Assembly (NCBI RefSeq): GCF_006345805.1
Contig: NC_043001.1
Coordinates: forward strand, 109,058,001 to 109,122,000
Reading direction: 5' to 3'
Length of the DNA stretch: 64,000 bases
Source: Octopus sinensis
Taxonomy: Eukaryota
In this document: positions 13,813 to 27,409 of the stretch, piece after piece
How the letters are laid out: every line of letters starts with the position of its first letter
Position numbering within the stretch: the first letter of the stretch is position 1
Made by a program: the position numbers and the translations under genes
The notes under the pieces: generated by a model
Databases searched by the model: none
Told to the model about the DNA's origin: nothing
The model's input: only the letters and a program-made list of their open reading frames with translations

Positions 13813-14285
13813 AGATATTGGGGCCGCCTTAAAGCCTTGAAACTCTACTCTCTCCATCGTACATCATTTGTACGATGTGGAGAATATACCGCCAGCATTG
13901 CCCAAACGGCCTGAACATTAGTTTCAAGGTTCATCCAAGGCTGGAACAACGGGCTATACGTCCCCTGCCGAATTCAGGATCACAAAATATAGGTACACTG
14001 CGACACAATTTCTTTTTCTCAACAGACTCTGCCATGTTTAACATTGTCCCGAAAGAGATCAAACCGGAAAAGGATCCCATCACCTTTAAACGGAGTCTGG
14101 ATAGATTTCAAGGTATACCGGATAAGCCACCCATACCTGGATACAACTCACTCAACAAGAACTCACTACTTGAATGGACCATAAATAAAAGTTGACTTGA
14201 ACAGGATTTAGATAATCCTATCAGGTGGTGGTATTAAGTTAGACGCGACATGGACCAATCTTTGGTCGAATATATCTAAGTTTAA
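13813..14285 (+). mobile_element. CR1/L2-like LINE 3' fragment (ORF2 C-terminus + 3' UTR), pseudogenised
   Basis: Translates YWGRLKALKLYSLHR/(frameshift)YIICTMWRIY...MFNIVPKEIK...FKRSLDRFQGIPDKPPIPGY...NSLLEW*, the post-RT pattern (Y..RLK.L.LYSL.RRR; FN.LP; FK..LD) of CR1/L2-group ORF2. Confidence 0.85.
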
Positions 14286-14737
14286 ACACACACACATACA
14301 CACACACACACATGTAAGGAATCCTGTCAATGGTCTCCTCCTTGTGTATAAAAATATTTTATACACTCTTATATTTTAAAATACGCACACACACACGCAC
14401 ACACACACATTCATATATATAAACACATACACACCATGCACGCACACATTAATATATATATACACATATTTATGGATATGTTTATGTGTGCGCATACACG
14501 AACGCACACGCGCGCACACATGTATATATGACAAGATAACCGACAATATCCGTCTCAGAAATTAAGTGATAAGTCATTCATTGGTCGTCTGGAGGGTATA
14601 GTATATGATACTTTCCCGAGATATCACACAAGGGAACGGAACCCGTAACCAGATTGCTGAGAGGCGAACAAACTATCATTCCTGCTCTTAATACATACAT
14701 ACATACATACATACTACATACATACATAATACATACA

Positions 14738-14771
<34 letters not shown>

Positions 14772-17255
14772 CATGCGTGTATGTGTTTACATGTGAGAGT
14801 GTCTGTGCGTGTTCATCTATGTGGTGAGGAGCTGTGTGCGCATGCGCATATGTTGTTATATAATGGACACTGATTCATAGGAAATACAGCAAAATAGACA
14901 GGAAAGAGAAAGAGATTTAGGCGAAAGAAGAAATGAGAGAGGAAGAGAAAGAGTGAGGGTAAGAGAGAGAAAGAGAGAGGCAGTAATAGAGAGAGGATGA
15001 GAGAGACAGTAAGAGAGAGAGAGAGAGAAAGGATAGGCACTAGAATGTGAGGGGGAACACACACGTTTACGCTCTGTCATACGTACATGGACATATAGCA
15101 ATAAGGGTCACAAAAGAATATTAGTTTACGGCAAGTTTATAACTGAACAGTAATATCTCATTTCACCCAACCAATCGAGAATATTGGTTAATTCTGTGTT
15201 TATTAAATAGCAATCATCAGAGGTTTATTGAACCGTTTCCAATCAATTGTATTGGAAACAATTCCTTCTTAATATCGTTTCCAGAAATCAGCTGCATATC
15301 TATCTATCTGCACATTTTGTCTCACTTCATTTAATTTTCCTTATAATCGTACATCATATCGTGGTATTAAATTTCCGTAAGTATTAACGTAATCTATTCT
15401 GATAAGGATCTATTCGCTCGGAGAAACAATACTTGTGACATTGGGTGTTGTTCATATCGCTCAAAGAATGATCTTACTTGCTACCGAAATAACGGGGATT
15501 AATTTCAAAATTGTCTCTTTTATAGAAAGTCTATATCGATTTAGTTCATTCACTGTACTAATTATTTATCAATCCATAATGTTTCCTCGTCCAGTGAATA
15601 ATATTTTTGGATTTTCGTTGTATTTAGCTGGAAAGAAGCATATACCATATACTTCTTCTACACGTCGCATAATTTTGCTTTGCTTCAACAATGGCTCAAT
15701 GTTTGAGACCTTGTGTGGTCAACTTAATTTGCTTGAAATGACAGATAAATTACACTCAAATACCATCATCCCACTTTAAGAGAGGAAATTCTGGATAATT
15801 TTGTCTAGGATATGACGATTCCACATAAAAAATAGAATGGCCATGCTTTTAATGACTTTGGTCATAGGACTGTCTGGTCTGTGAGAGAATGTCTGGGGTT
15901 AAATAACATCTATCATAAAATATGACCCCTAAGAAAATTAAATCTCCAACACAAAATATGATCAAATCCACACAGTAGTAAATCCTTGTAAGATTATGGA
16001 AATAATAATTAAATTGAGAATAATAAGAAAGGAAAAGAATATTAATACATAGGTATATTAAAATTGTAAATGCACCCTTTTCAAGCCTAGCCAGGCTCAT
16101 GGGCCCGGTTTCCCGGTTTCTGTGGCGTAAGTGTTCCCCAGCGTAAGTGTTCATTGCGGTGTTACTCCTTTTTGCCTGCTGAGTGGACTGGAGCAACGTG
16201 AAAGGAAGTGTTTTGCTCAAGAACACAACGCGTCGCCCGGTCCAGGAATCGAAACCACAATGATGCTGAGACCCTAACCACTAAGCCACGCGCCTACACA
16301 GGTATATTATAGCTAGTTAAGAATTATTGACTTTAGTCGTATATACCAAACTCAAAAAAATATATTTATTTTTTTAGTAGAACAAGCTCTAAGAATTTAG
16401 ATTCATCGCACGTTTAACTTTGTCTCTCATCCTTTCGGTGTCGATAAAATAGACTTCTTTAGCCGGTATAATTAATTGTTCCTCTTGCACAAAATTTCTG
16501 GCCTTATGGCCTATATTAGACATGATTAACCATACTCTAAATCCTCTTTTAATAATGATTGCTAAAATAAACACAAACACAAGTGTAGGAATTTGATGGG
16601 AAGGATATACAGTCCATTACATGAATGCAATACGAGACAATTTATTATTTTTTTTTAAAAAAGCAAAGTTAAAAGCTCAAAGGAATTTGAATACAAAACA
16701 TAAAGAGACATAATTAAATAGATTAAAAGACATCTTGTTAGTCTTTCTATCGGTTCTGCCATCCATCAGTCTGCTATTTTAAAATAATGGTTCCTAATAA
16801 TGCTAAAAAGTTACAACTTTTCCTGTAGCGAACATTAAAATAAATTGGGCGCAATTTATGACTAATATTTTATGATATCGATCCGGGGATGTGTGGTTAA
16901 AATCACATTTGACGTTGATTTGGATTTCAATTTAAATCTAAAATTGACCTATGTAATTAGCTCGAGTTCTTTTCCTTTTTTTTTCATGCGAAGCGATTCT
17001 TATTCTGTCAGCACACGCCTTTGCTCCTTTTAGATATTTAAATATACTTTTTGTCTGCCCCCCAAAAGTTATGATTTAGTTTGTCATTTAGATTAGACTC
17101 TTGGTCGAGTCATTTAATTCCATTTAATGGTTCGTGTGTCACATAGCTAGCTAGAGACGATGGCCTCTTGGAGCTAATCAACGGCAGCATTCGTCCTATA
17201 TTTCTGGGCTGCCATATTAGCTTGGCAATCACTATTAACATACATATATAATATG

Positions 17256-17315
<60 letters not shown>

Positions 17316-17334
17316 ATATGTATGTATATATACA

Positions 17335-17890
17335 ACGCACCATCCTAGGCACGTGCTGTACCTTGTAATCGTACGCCGCATTTCTTCCCGCCTGCACTGG
17401 GCAGTTTTAAAGTGAGAGTCAATCTGCGCAAGATTGAGTGATAGAAAGAAAGAGAGGTTGAGTTGACAACACAGTCTCAGCGGATTAAAATGGCCGCCGC
17501 GACCAGCAAGCTGAGTTTTACATTAGATTTGTCTTCTCGTTGGTGAATTGCCTTACTGTGCTGGAGAGCTCCCTCTACACTGGAGTTTCTGGAAGGCTGC
17601 GAAAAAAGGGCGCCACTTCTTGATTTGCTATCGAGGTCAACTCCCTTAGCCTTTTCCTTTCCCAGGGCACTCACATGGCAGTAAGGTTCATTAAGGTAAT
17701 GATTTGGAGTTACATCCATAATATGCTAATTAACCCTTAGCCGGGACCTCGACAGGTGCTGCTACTCCAACACAGTGTAGATCTGAGAACGATATTGACT
17801 AAGTGGTGGTTCCACTCTCCTCAAATGTTTGAAACTTCTGAGCTTGATCTCCCCCACGACTGGATGCAGTTTAAAGTCACATCCAAGGGA
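17335..17890 (-). mobile_element. Probable 5' region of an RTE-clade LINE; related degraded copy at 10440-10590
   Basis: GC-richer island; minus strand CCCTTGGATGTGACTTTAAACTGCATCC...GGAAAAGGCTAAGGGAGTTGACC resembles RTE 5' UTRs (recalled similarity, not aligned); 17790-17890 loosely matches 10500-10590. Confidence 0.35.
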
Positions 17891-17919
17891 GGGAGAGAGA
17901 GAGAAAAAAAGAGAGAGAG

Positions 17920-17958
<39 letters not shown>

Positions 17959-18483
17959 CATGCTTACCAGGTATGCGACGTACGCGTTTAGTTCAACGTA
18001 ATTTATTCACAGGAAGAGCTTGACAGCACATACATATACATACGTAAGCACCCACATCCATTATCATGTCCAGTGGGTCATTGTTATTTCCCTTGAAGCT
18101 CTCCTGCATACGAAACCTCTTTCTTTCTCCTTCACTTCAGGTCTTCTTAGCTTCCAATCATCTCCCAGCATGACGCCATTCAACTTAAAAAGAGCATTTT
18201 TTTTCAGTAACTCAATTTTTGTTCCTTTCTCTTTTAACACTTTTACTCTTGTCTAAATTTCTGAAGAAGATTCAAGGTGGAAACGTCAATGACACGTCTA
18301 ACTCTATACTATTTATCCATATCAAATTAATATTTCTTCTTTTATTCACTTGCATTTCAGTGTGGTTGTTGTTGTTATTAATTTCGTAGCAATGTAAATA
18401 TTTCTATCTGTATATTGTACAGACAGGTATGTATTTACGTATGTACTTACATACATACATACATAAATGCATACATACATACA

Positions 18484-18515
<32 letters not shown>

Positions 18516-18825
18516 CATACATACATACATAAATGCATACATACATACATGCATACATACATACATACATACATACATACATACATACATACATACATAC
18601 ATACATACATACATACAAATAGAAATATATAAACTGCACATCTTCCCTCTGTCTGGTGTTCCTCTGGGTATATACGTATTCACAAATACATAATATATTT
18701 TATATAATTGTATATATATATATATACATTACATAAATATATATTAGCTATATCATATTTATGACTATCTACTACGAGTTTCACCGGTATAAAAGAATTT
18801 ATATATATAATATATTATATAATTG

Positions 18826-18858
<33 letters not shown>

Positions 18859-18966
18859 CATTATATGTCTAGACATCTATATCTGCACACATACACACGC
18901 ACACGTATATATAATTGTATGTGTGCATGGATAGATATAACTATGTATATATATATATATTATATA

Positions 18967-18998
<32 letters not shown>

Positions 18999-19034
18999 CC
19001 TATATGTATATATATATATATATAAATAAAATAT

Positions 19035-19076
<42 letters not shown>

Positions 19077-19684
19077 TTTGTATATGTATATATATATATG
19101 CTTGTGTGTATACACAAATATACATGTACACACACACTCGGGTACATATTAAATGATTTCAGTCAAAATGGACTTTATTCTGAAAAGAAAAAAAAAATCA
19201 AACAAAAAGTAAACAAAACAAGATGCAAACAACTGTAAACAAAGTAAATGATAGAGGAAAAACAACAAAACAAAAAAAAAACTCAGGTATGTTTTGAAAT
19301 AGTTGCAATCGAAATTGCTTCTTTTCACTGTGAATAAACAAATCGATAGGTATGGAAGTAAATAACGAAATATGTAACGCTGGAAGGTAAATCTTTTTCA
19401 TCAAAATTTTCTTTGTTATTATTTGCCAATCAAATTCTTTTGCCCTTCCATAGTAAAAACTCCGATTCTGAGACTTAGTAATGTTTGTTATTGAAAAAAG
19501 AAAAAGAAAAGAAAAAAAGACCCAGAAATAGGAAACCTGTTATGGGAAATTATTTTGTGATTCTATCACAGAATATAAAGTGACTGCCATAACATTTCTC
19601 AATTAATTTTGTCCTTGCAGCAGAGACCATCCCGGCTTTTTTTGTCTGGAGAGACCCAAGTTCGCAGCTGGGTAGGAAGAGTGT

Positions 19685-20085
19685 GTAGGAAGAGAGAGAG
19701 AGAGAGCGAGCGAGAGAGAGAGAGAGAGAAAGAGAGAGAAAAGGGGAGAGGGAGAGAGAAACAGAGACATATAGGTAGAGAGATATAGACAGAGAGAAAG
19801 AGAGAGAGAAGATTGAGAGACTGAAAGAATGAGGGGTAAAGTTGAAACACGAAAAATGGTTAGAAAAGCGAGGGGAAGAGGAGACAAAGGAGGGGTGAAG
19901 AAAGCGAGAGAGAGGAAAGTTTTTTGGGAAGGAGAGGGAGAGTTGGAGTGAGAGTTGGGGAAGGGAGAGATACAACCAGAGAACGAGGGAAAGACAGAGA
20001 AAGGAAGGTAAGAGAGTGAGATACGATGATGAGGGAGGGAGAGAGAGAGACGATGAGGGAGGCAAAGAGAGAGAGAGAAATTGAA
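19685..20085. repeat. ~400-bp purine-rich (GA) low-complexity tract
   Basis: Seen directly; a similar tract lies at 14900-15050. Confidence 0.9.
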
Positions 20086-20521
20086 ATGTGTGTGTAAAAA
20101 TCTTTCGGTTCTCTCTGACGTAATTGGTAACTGCTATTACGGCCAACGATCACTTTCACGATTACAGCCAACAATTCTAGTCAACGCCCAAGACAGCCAT
20201 TATGCTCCCCACCCACAAAACACCACCACGTGGACTCTGTTGAGACTAGTATGAAACAATTATGAACTTTTTTATTACACTTAACTTTTTAAAATATTTC
20301 TGATAAGGTTCGTTTTTTCAAGAACCAAAATATGTAAAATCTCAAAGAAAATAGAAAAATTATCTTATTTAGGTGGCGTTTTCAAACTTTATATTTATAT
20401 ATATATAAATTCAGGGTGAATACTTGATAAATATAAGCACCTGTATATGCCAGCTAGTAGCATAGGTGAAAGGATATATGTATCAAATGAAATAAAATGA
20501 AAAACAGGACACGAAGGATGT

Positions 20522-20616
20522 CGCGGTACATATGTTTCGAGCTTTATAGAACAACTTATTCTTACATCAATGCATAATCGACATAACAGACAGTTCAAAA
20601 GCCCTCTTCAGCCGCA
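20522..20616 (-). ncRNA. Type I hammerhead ribozyme, intact canonical core, long stem II, within a Penelope-like pseudo-LTR (~20400-20630)
   Basis: Minus strand UGCGG-CUGAAGA-GGGCUUU...AAAGCUC-GAAA-CAUAUG-UA-CCGCG. Stem I 5 bp, stem II 7 bp plus extension, palindromic stem III ACAUAUGU, GUA triplet. Confidence 0.8.
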
Positions 20617-21588
20617 TGCAATTGCTACACCAAAGACTTGTATCACATTATGAAAGGTTTGAGAAAAAACATTTGGTATTGTTTATAATGGTAGGTAAAC
20701 CGAGTATCACTGGGAAAGCATGTTTGTAAATCTTCATAATCAAATAAGCGTACATGGAATTATTAGACTCCAAAAACTCGTCCATACCGTTTTCTCACTC
20801 AATATAGAGTCGGCTGAAGCTATAGTAGAAAATACTTCCACAAGGCATCACGCCGTGGAACTGAACCCCAAACCATTTGGTTGGGAAGCAAAATTCTTAC
20901 AGCACAGCGATTCAGAAATTGAATAAGTAGTGAACATAATTAATATGTTTGAAATTCCTTTGACTGAAAATGTTTATGTCGGTTTGATATAAGATCCCTC
21001 TGAGTAGCAATCTTGTTGTTGATCAGTTCTTTCCCGCAAATCAAAATCGATGGAACATGAAAGAACCATCAGTTTTCATATACTCAGTCTCTTCTTCATT
21101 GAGAAAAATAAAAAAAAGGCTTTTAATTATATTTCATGAGCCAGCTCAATTCCTTTTTCAAATCGTTGTTAAAACTCAAATTAAAAATTCACGAACGGTA
21201 ATAATTAGATTTATTTTTCCCTGAGAAGTTTTACATATCGATATCATAACAGAAATGTTATAAAACACTATCAGAAATAAGGATTTATGATAAGATGAAA
21301 GGAAAAAAAAGGAGACAAAATCGAAGTCAGAACAGCGAAAAACATGTGGATTCAACCAAAAAAGATGGTAAAAATCCTATCTATATTTTGACTCGACAAG
21401 TTTTCGTACGATAAATTTTATTTATGCAAATAAAGAAGGTTTGATGTTATATTATGTTTTTTCTTTCAAAGAGTCTTTGAATAAAAGACCATCCGATAAG
21501 CTCGATAACGGCTTATTGGCTTATATATATATATATGCAGAAACAGACTCATGCGCAGAAACAGACTCATACGCACTCACACACACAC

Positions 21589-21637
<49 letters not shown>

Positions 21638-21654
21638 TATATATATATACATAT

Positions 21655-21830
21655 ATACGACGGGCTTCTTTCAGTTTCCGTCTATCAAATCCACTCACAA
21701 GGCTTTGGTCGGCCTCAAGCTATAGTAGAAATCACTTGCCCTAGGTGCCACGAAGTGGGACTGAACAATGTGGTTCGAACAAAGTGGTTCGTAAGCAAGC
21801 TACTTGCCGCACAGTCTCTCCTACGCCTAT
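21655..21830 (-). mobile_element. SINE family C 5' half (others at 44365-44528 and 20765-20905; 3' halves at 12105-12300, 27610-27810, 31990-32215)
   Basis: Matches family C head and CORE-like segment (ACGGGCTTCTTTCAGTTTCCGTCTA..CACAAGGCTTTGGTCGG). Confidence 0.85.
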
Positions 21831-22053
21831 ATATATATATATATACACACACACATACATATATATACACACATACACACACACACATAAATACATACAT
21901 ATATACAAACAAACAAAAATACCCTATCAGTGATGTTGAAATGCCAATGAAGGAACCTTGGATCTAGGTTAGAAGTCGGTTCTTTCTCTATTGGCAAGAA
22001 ATCTTGAGGTAGAACTGAATAATGACATACATACATACACAAATCATGCATAC

Positions 22054-22088
<35 letters not shown>

Positions 22089-22194
22089 CATTAATACATA
22101 CATACATATATGCTATATAAGCATACATACACGCATACATAAATGCACACGTGTATCCATGCACATATGTACACATACATACATGAATATATAC

Positions 22195-22570
22195 AGAGGG
22201 AAAACCTGCTCTGGGATAAATATACAAAAGATTCATGTTGTTGAATACGTGTACACGTCAGAACACAAAGGATATTTGCATTATCGTCAAAACATCCGCT
22301 TGGGTCTAACATAACGAACCTGATATCGTTGTTTGGGAATAAGAAGATAAATTGTGTCGATTGACAGAGGTCAGGTGAACGGCAGACGTGAGCGTTTCTT
22401 TCGAAATTATGGAGAAATGGAATAATTATGGAATGGTGCTTTGAAAATTGCAGCATCTCTACTCAGATGAAAAATTCACATTTATCCCAATAATTATTGG
22501 TTTACAATCTAAGAGAGCGGGGCTTTTCAGACAAAAGATGTGACCCTTTATCACGCAATTTGCACAAGTG
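22195..22570 (+). mobile_element. Decayed RLE-type LINE (R2-group, Dong/R4-like) endonuclease fragment
   Basis: Frame from 22310 reads HNEPDIVVWE*EDKLCRLTEVR*TADVSVSFEIMEKWNNYG...LQHLYSDEKFTFIPIIIG, the PD..E..K..Y restriction-like endonuclease pattern with in-frame stops; not shown in the ORF track. Confidence 0.75.
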
Positions 22571-22771
22571 GATTTGCGAATATAAGGAGTGAGCGGAATA
22601 TTTTGAACATGCAAGATTTTTCTGCAGTTCAACAGTTAATCCTTCATCGCTGCTATTATTACAATTTTCAGTGCAGGAAAAGATTGGCTTGTAGTATGAA
22701 TACATGCCCGAATATTAATGTGCAAATATATATACATATATATATATAATTGTAATATAAATATGTATATA

Positions 22772-22819
<48 letters not shown>

Positions 22820-23076
22820 TTATATATATATGTATCAATATATATATATATACACATACTATATAATATATATATATATATATATATCTGTGTGTGTCTG
22901 TATGTGTGTACAAATGGTTTGTATGATTGTGTATTGAAGAATATGTTACTCAAAGGAGTTCCAACTCTGTTTTGCACGTTTTATTTATGATCTTATATTA
23001 ATATAAAAAACGATCAACGTCACCCTTTTCAAGCCTAGCCAGGCTCATGGGCCCGGCTGCCCGGTTTCTGTGGCGC

Positions 23077-23134
<58 letters not shown>

Positions 23135-23160
23135 TGAAAAGGAACACATGTGTTAATATG

Positions 23161-23469
23161 TATAAGGAAAATAAGACAAGGTAGAAAAATGCTAAAATAA
23201 TTTTATCATGAACATTTTAGTACCGGTTTCAGACTTTGCGACTTTTTCAATTTGGAGTAAAGCATGAAAAACAATTAAATTGTGGAAAAATGAAATGGAA
23301 TGTTCTTCTTATAATATTTTAATTGTATTCAGATACAAGGGCCATTTTCCTTTTTTCCTGAATGTCTCTCTCTCTTTTCCTCTTGTTGAAAAATTCGCAA
23401 AGACTGAAACCCGTACTAAAATGTTCTTCATGATAAACTTCTTTTAGCATTTTCTACCTTGACTTATTT

Positions 23470-23476
<7 letters not shown>
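23161..23476. mobile_element. Inverted pair of Penelope-like pseudo-LTRs with U3:A8-variant hammerhead cores
   Basis: Arms 23161-23250 and 23386-23476 are near reverse complements; each carries TTGAAAA-A(G/T)TCGCAAAG(T/A)CT-GAAACC(G/C)GTA; flanked by (TA)n. Confidence 0.7.
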
Positions 23477-23552
<76 letters not shown>

Positions 23553-24268
23553 TGTCTAAAAGTTAAGTATACTTAAGAGCAACTTAATACTATTTGAAAC
23601 CGAATGAAAGAGTTTTCTTTCCGAAGAGTTTTCTTCTGTGTTGAGAAATTCAAAGCCAGAAAAAAACACGGAAAACCCATTCGTAATATATATGTAAATA
23701 TGGCGCCTACGCACTCATGAGTATAGAATAAAACACATAGCTACACACACAGACAACATGCACATACCTGATGATCTTAAGATATTCATTTATTACATTC
23801 ACTGCTGTGTTTGGGTTCAGTAATACTGCAAAAGCTTTTCATTTCCAATTAAGATCTGCTCTTTTGAACATGTTTATTTGAATCAATGGGAATTCAATAG
23901 GCTCTCCATGTGTACATATATATGTATACTTCTGTCAGTAAGCGTGTATATGTGTAAGCATTCGCGTGTTCGTGTGTTTGTCAGATCGTGCGTCTAATGT
24001 ATGTGAACGCGTGAGTATTTGAGTGAACAAGCTTGAATATGCAAACTAAACTAATTATTAACACTCATTCATTCCTTATTGTGCCTTTAATGGATGGTTC
24101 CATCAATCGTAATTGATAAACTAATCAGAAAATTCGCAGTAATTAATTTCATGTTCTTAAATCATATAAGATCCCATATTAAGCGTATTCTCGCTAGTGA
24201 TGTAGTTCAGAGTTGAAAAGAGAACACGAAACAAAAGTTTAACTTAAGTGTTTGTATGTACTCACAGG

Positions 24269-24306
<38 letters not shown>

Positions 24307-24333
24307 ACACACACACACACACACAAACAGAGG

Positions 24334-24374
<41 letters not shown>

Positions 24375-24444
24375 CACACACACACACACATACACACGCA
24401 CGTTCGTATACACATTATGTTTACGCTTTATTAATAGGATTATT

Positions 24445-25030
24445 AAGGCCCTCTTCGTCTAGTGTTCAAACCCCAAACGAGATCAACTTTGTATTCCTTT
24501 CAACGTCAGCATTGCCCGACTGACTTCACTCTAGGTACCAAGCACTCTGCCTCGTTTGATCCAAGATTGCAGCTTTCTCAAAGTCACAACCTGAAATGAG
24601 AGTCTGAAAAACAGCTGCCACACCCTCTCCCCATCAAAGAAACACTGGAGTTGTCGTAGTCTCAGCGCATGTCTGCATATCATTATCCTTGATACGCCCT
24701 GTCCCTAACGCAGCGGACGTTAATAACAAATGCAATGTTTGACTAACGGATCCCTTTCCCGTCACAGAAAGTGGAAAAGCAAGTGCTCCATTCTGGCCAG
24801 CAATGAAGTAGATCAAGTTAAGACAATCAGATCGTAATAGACTGGGAAAAAATCTAGACATTATCCACCTTCACTTTAACCTTCAGGGTTACTTTCTCTC
24901 AGCCCATTTCTGGGTGAGCTTTGCCAATATGCTCGTCATATTGCTTCAGTTACCAGTTACCACCTAAACAGAGTCTGGAGCAAACTAGACCCCAAGCAAA
25001 TTACCGGTCCATCTATCCAGCGCCTCACGA
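24445..25030 (-). mobile_element. L1/Tx1-clade LINE ORF2 fragment (post-RT region), heavily decayed
   Basis: Minus-strand frames give LTQKWAERK*..LKVK, LARMEHLLFHFL*R..PLVKHCICY*RPLR*GQG..RHALRLRQLQCFFDGERVW, matching the L1/Tx1 post-RT pattern (W..R.LSL.G; F.FLW; P...GGLG). Confidence 0.7.
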
Positions 25031-26330
25031 TGATCTTTCTAACATTGTTTCCTTCATAAACTTTATCAACTCTAATCTGATAGTATTTTAAAAAATTAAT
25101 TACCATCTATTGTTGATGATTACCTCGTTAACTCCCTTTTAACTAATTCTGTAACTCGGTATCTGTAAACTTGTCGCCTCGGAAAGGGTGCATTTAATTC
25201 TACCAATCGAGCTCATGTCCATGTAAACTATGTTGTCTGTGCAAATCACAGCTCACAAAGGTTTTGTCTGTTGATCCGACCAAGTAGAATTGAATAACCC
25301 CTAATACTCTTTGTAAAATAAGTACTAGTCACGTACTAGACCCCACACTCCGGACTTTAGGCCTTAGTTGAATAGATTATTAATAAAAAACAAAATTTAG
25401 AGTTGACACTGAATCAGGAATCAGGCTACGAAGACACCCGTCGTATTTGGTTCGTCGTCAAAAATCGCACTTGTCTATGGAGTTCATACTTCCTTTGCAC
25501 CTCAGATGTTGGATTCTTCCTTTGCAAAAAAGAACCTCACGTGTCTTAGTGAACTAATTTGGTATAAAGTATATAGATATTAATAGTTTAACCAAAATAA
25601 TTCTTCAATTAACATACGTAAATGTCAATACTTTATACGCTAATCGTGCATTACTTTCCTTTTATACTGATTTTTAAAGCAATTTGTCTGGTGCTTTTTA
25701 GAAAGCAGGTGGAACCAACGCACTTAGACGGTCATTCTGTGGATATTCCGATCTTTATTGTTTCATCAACTGAAAATGTAGTCCAATATGTGTTGTGTCG
25801 TTTTTTTCTTTCACACTTTTAAACATTAATAGAGAGACGATTGAAATCAATATAGTCACAGAATGAATGAAAATAACGAGCAGTTGATTTATAGCAAATA
25901 TTTGATCTTACGAAATTATAATGTATAGTAAGGAGAAATATATAATCGCAGATTGCGGGATGTGCAGTAGATATCAATTACTCCATTGAAATAATAATAT
26001 ACATGTCAAGCGAAGGACTAACAATATTGAGCAAGAATCTATCATAATGTGGTATATTGCTTATTTATGAAATCTGTTTCTCATTATAGTAATGGTATTT
26101 CACTAAATTACAAGGTACTGCACATGAAGTATTAAGCAATCACGCTTGGAATATTAATAATATGGAGTCAGTTCTCTTTGAAAAAGAAAAGAAGTATTAC
26201 TGCTCGGTTATTATCTCATATTGTGATTTTCTCTTCATTTTCAATAATCTAATCGCAAATTTAATACACTTGAATTGTGCTATCAGATACGTATATACGT
26301 TCACACAGACATATATATATATATATATAG

Positions 26331-26372
<42 letters not shown>

Positions 26373-26374
26373 CT

Positions 26375-26424
<50 letters not shown>

Positions 26425-26621
26425 ATACGACATGTATGTTACTGCGTATTTGAAAATGATCATCGAAGTTATCAGCTCTAAAATGCCATGGATTAAATGA
26501 ACTACGAAGACCAAATAATGAAAAGCATACAGTGTTCTACTTACAAGTTGTCAGTGTTTTGTATTAATATTTTATATAGCTTTTATTGTGGATAGCTTGC
26601 TCTTCAAACCAATGCAGAACG

Positions 26622-26655
<34 letters not shown>

Positions 26656-27056
26656 CACACACACAAACACGCACACACAAACACACACACACACAAACAC
26701 ACACACACATACAAACACACACACACACAGGCACACACACATACACACAAACACGCATACACAAACATACACATGCATGAACACATTTATATACTCATAG
26801 TGGCCATTGTGGCTGTCAGCAAGTAGACGGGTATGACAATCGCTGACAAGTCTTATCTCAGCTTATTGTCGACAATGGCTGTCAGCAATTTCCGCGCTGA
26901 AATTTAAAGTCAATAACAGTTTGTAAGACATCATCGTTAAAACTCTCACCCACAAAGCTAAGCAGTCGAGAACCAAATACGATCAAAACCTCGAGCGTCG
27001 TATTGAATTTTCTTCTGGAGAGATGTCTAAACAAAGACAGGGTGTTCTCTCACTCC

Positions 27057-27409
27057 TTACGGTTGATCCGAATCAACGGAACAGCCGGCTCGTGAAATTA
27101 ACGTGTAAGTGGCTGAGCACTCCGCAGACACGTGTACCCTTAACGTAGTTCTCGGGGATATTCAGCGTGACACAGAGAGTGACAAGGCCGGCCCTTTGAA
27201 ATACAGGTACAACAGAAACAGGAAGTACGAGTCAGAGGAAGTTGTGGTGAAAGAGTACAGCAGGGATCACCACTATCCCCTGCCAGAGCCTCGTGGAGCT
27301 TTAGGTGTTTTCGCTCAATAAACACTCACAACGCCCGGTCTGCGAATCGAAACCGCGATCCTAAGACCGCGAGTCCGCTGCCCTAACCACTGGGCCATTG
27401 TGCCTCCAC
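27057..27409 (-). mobile_element. SINE family B with ~12-bp TSD
   Basis: Near-full copy; TCTCTCACTCCT on both sides (27046-27057, ~27410-27421). Confidence 0.9.
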
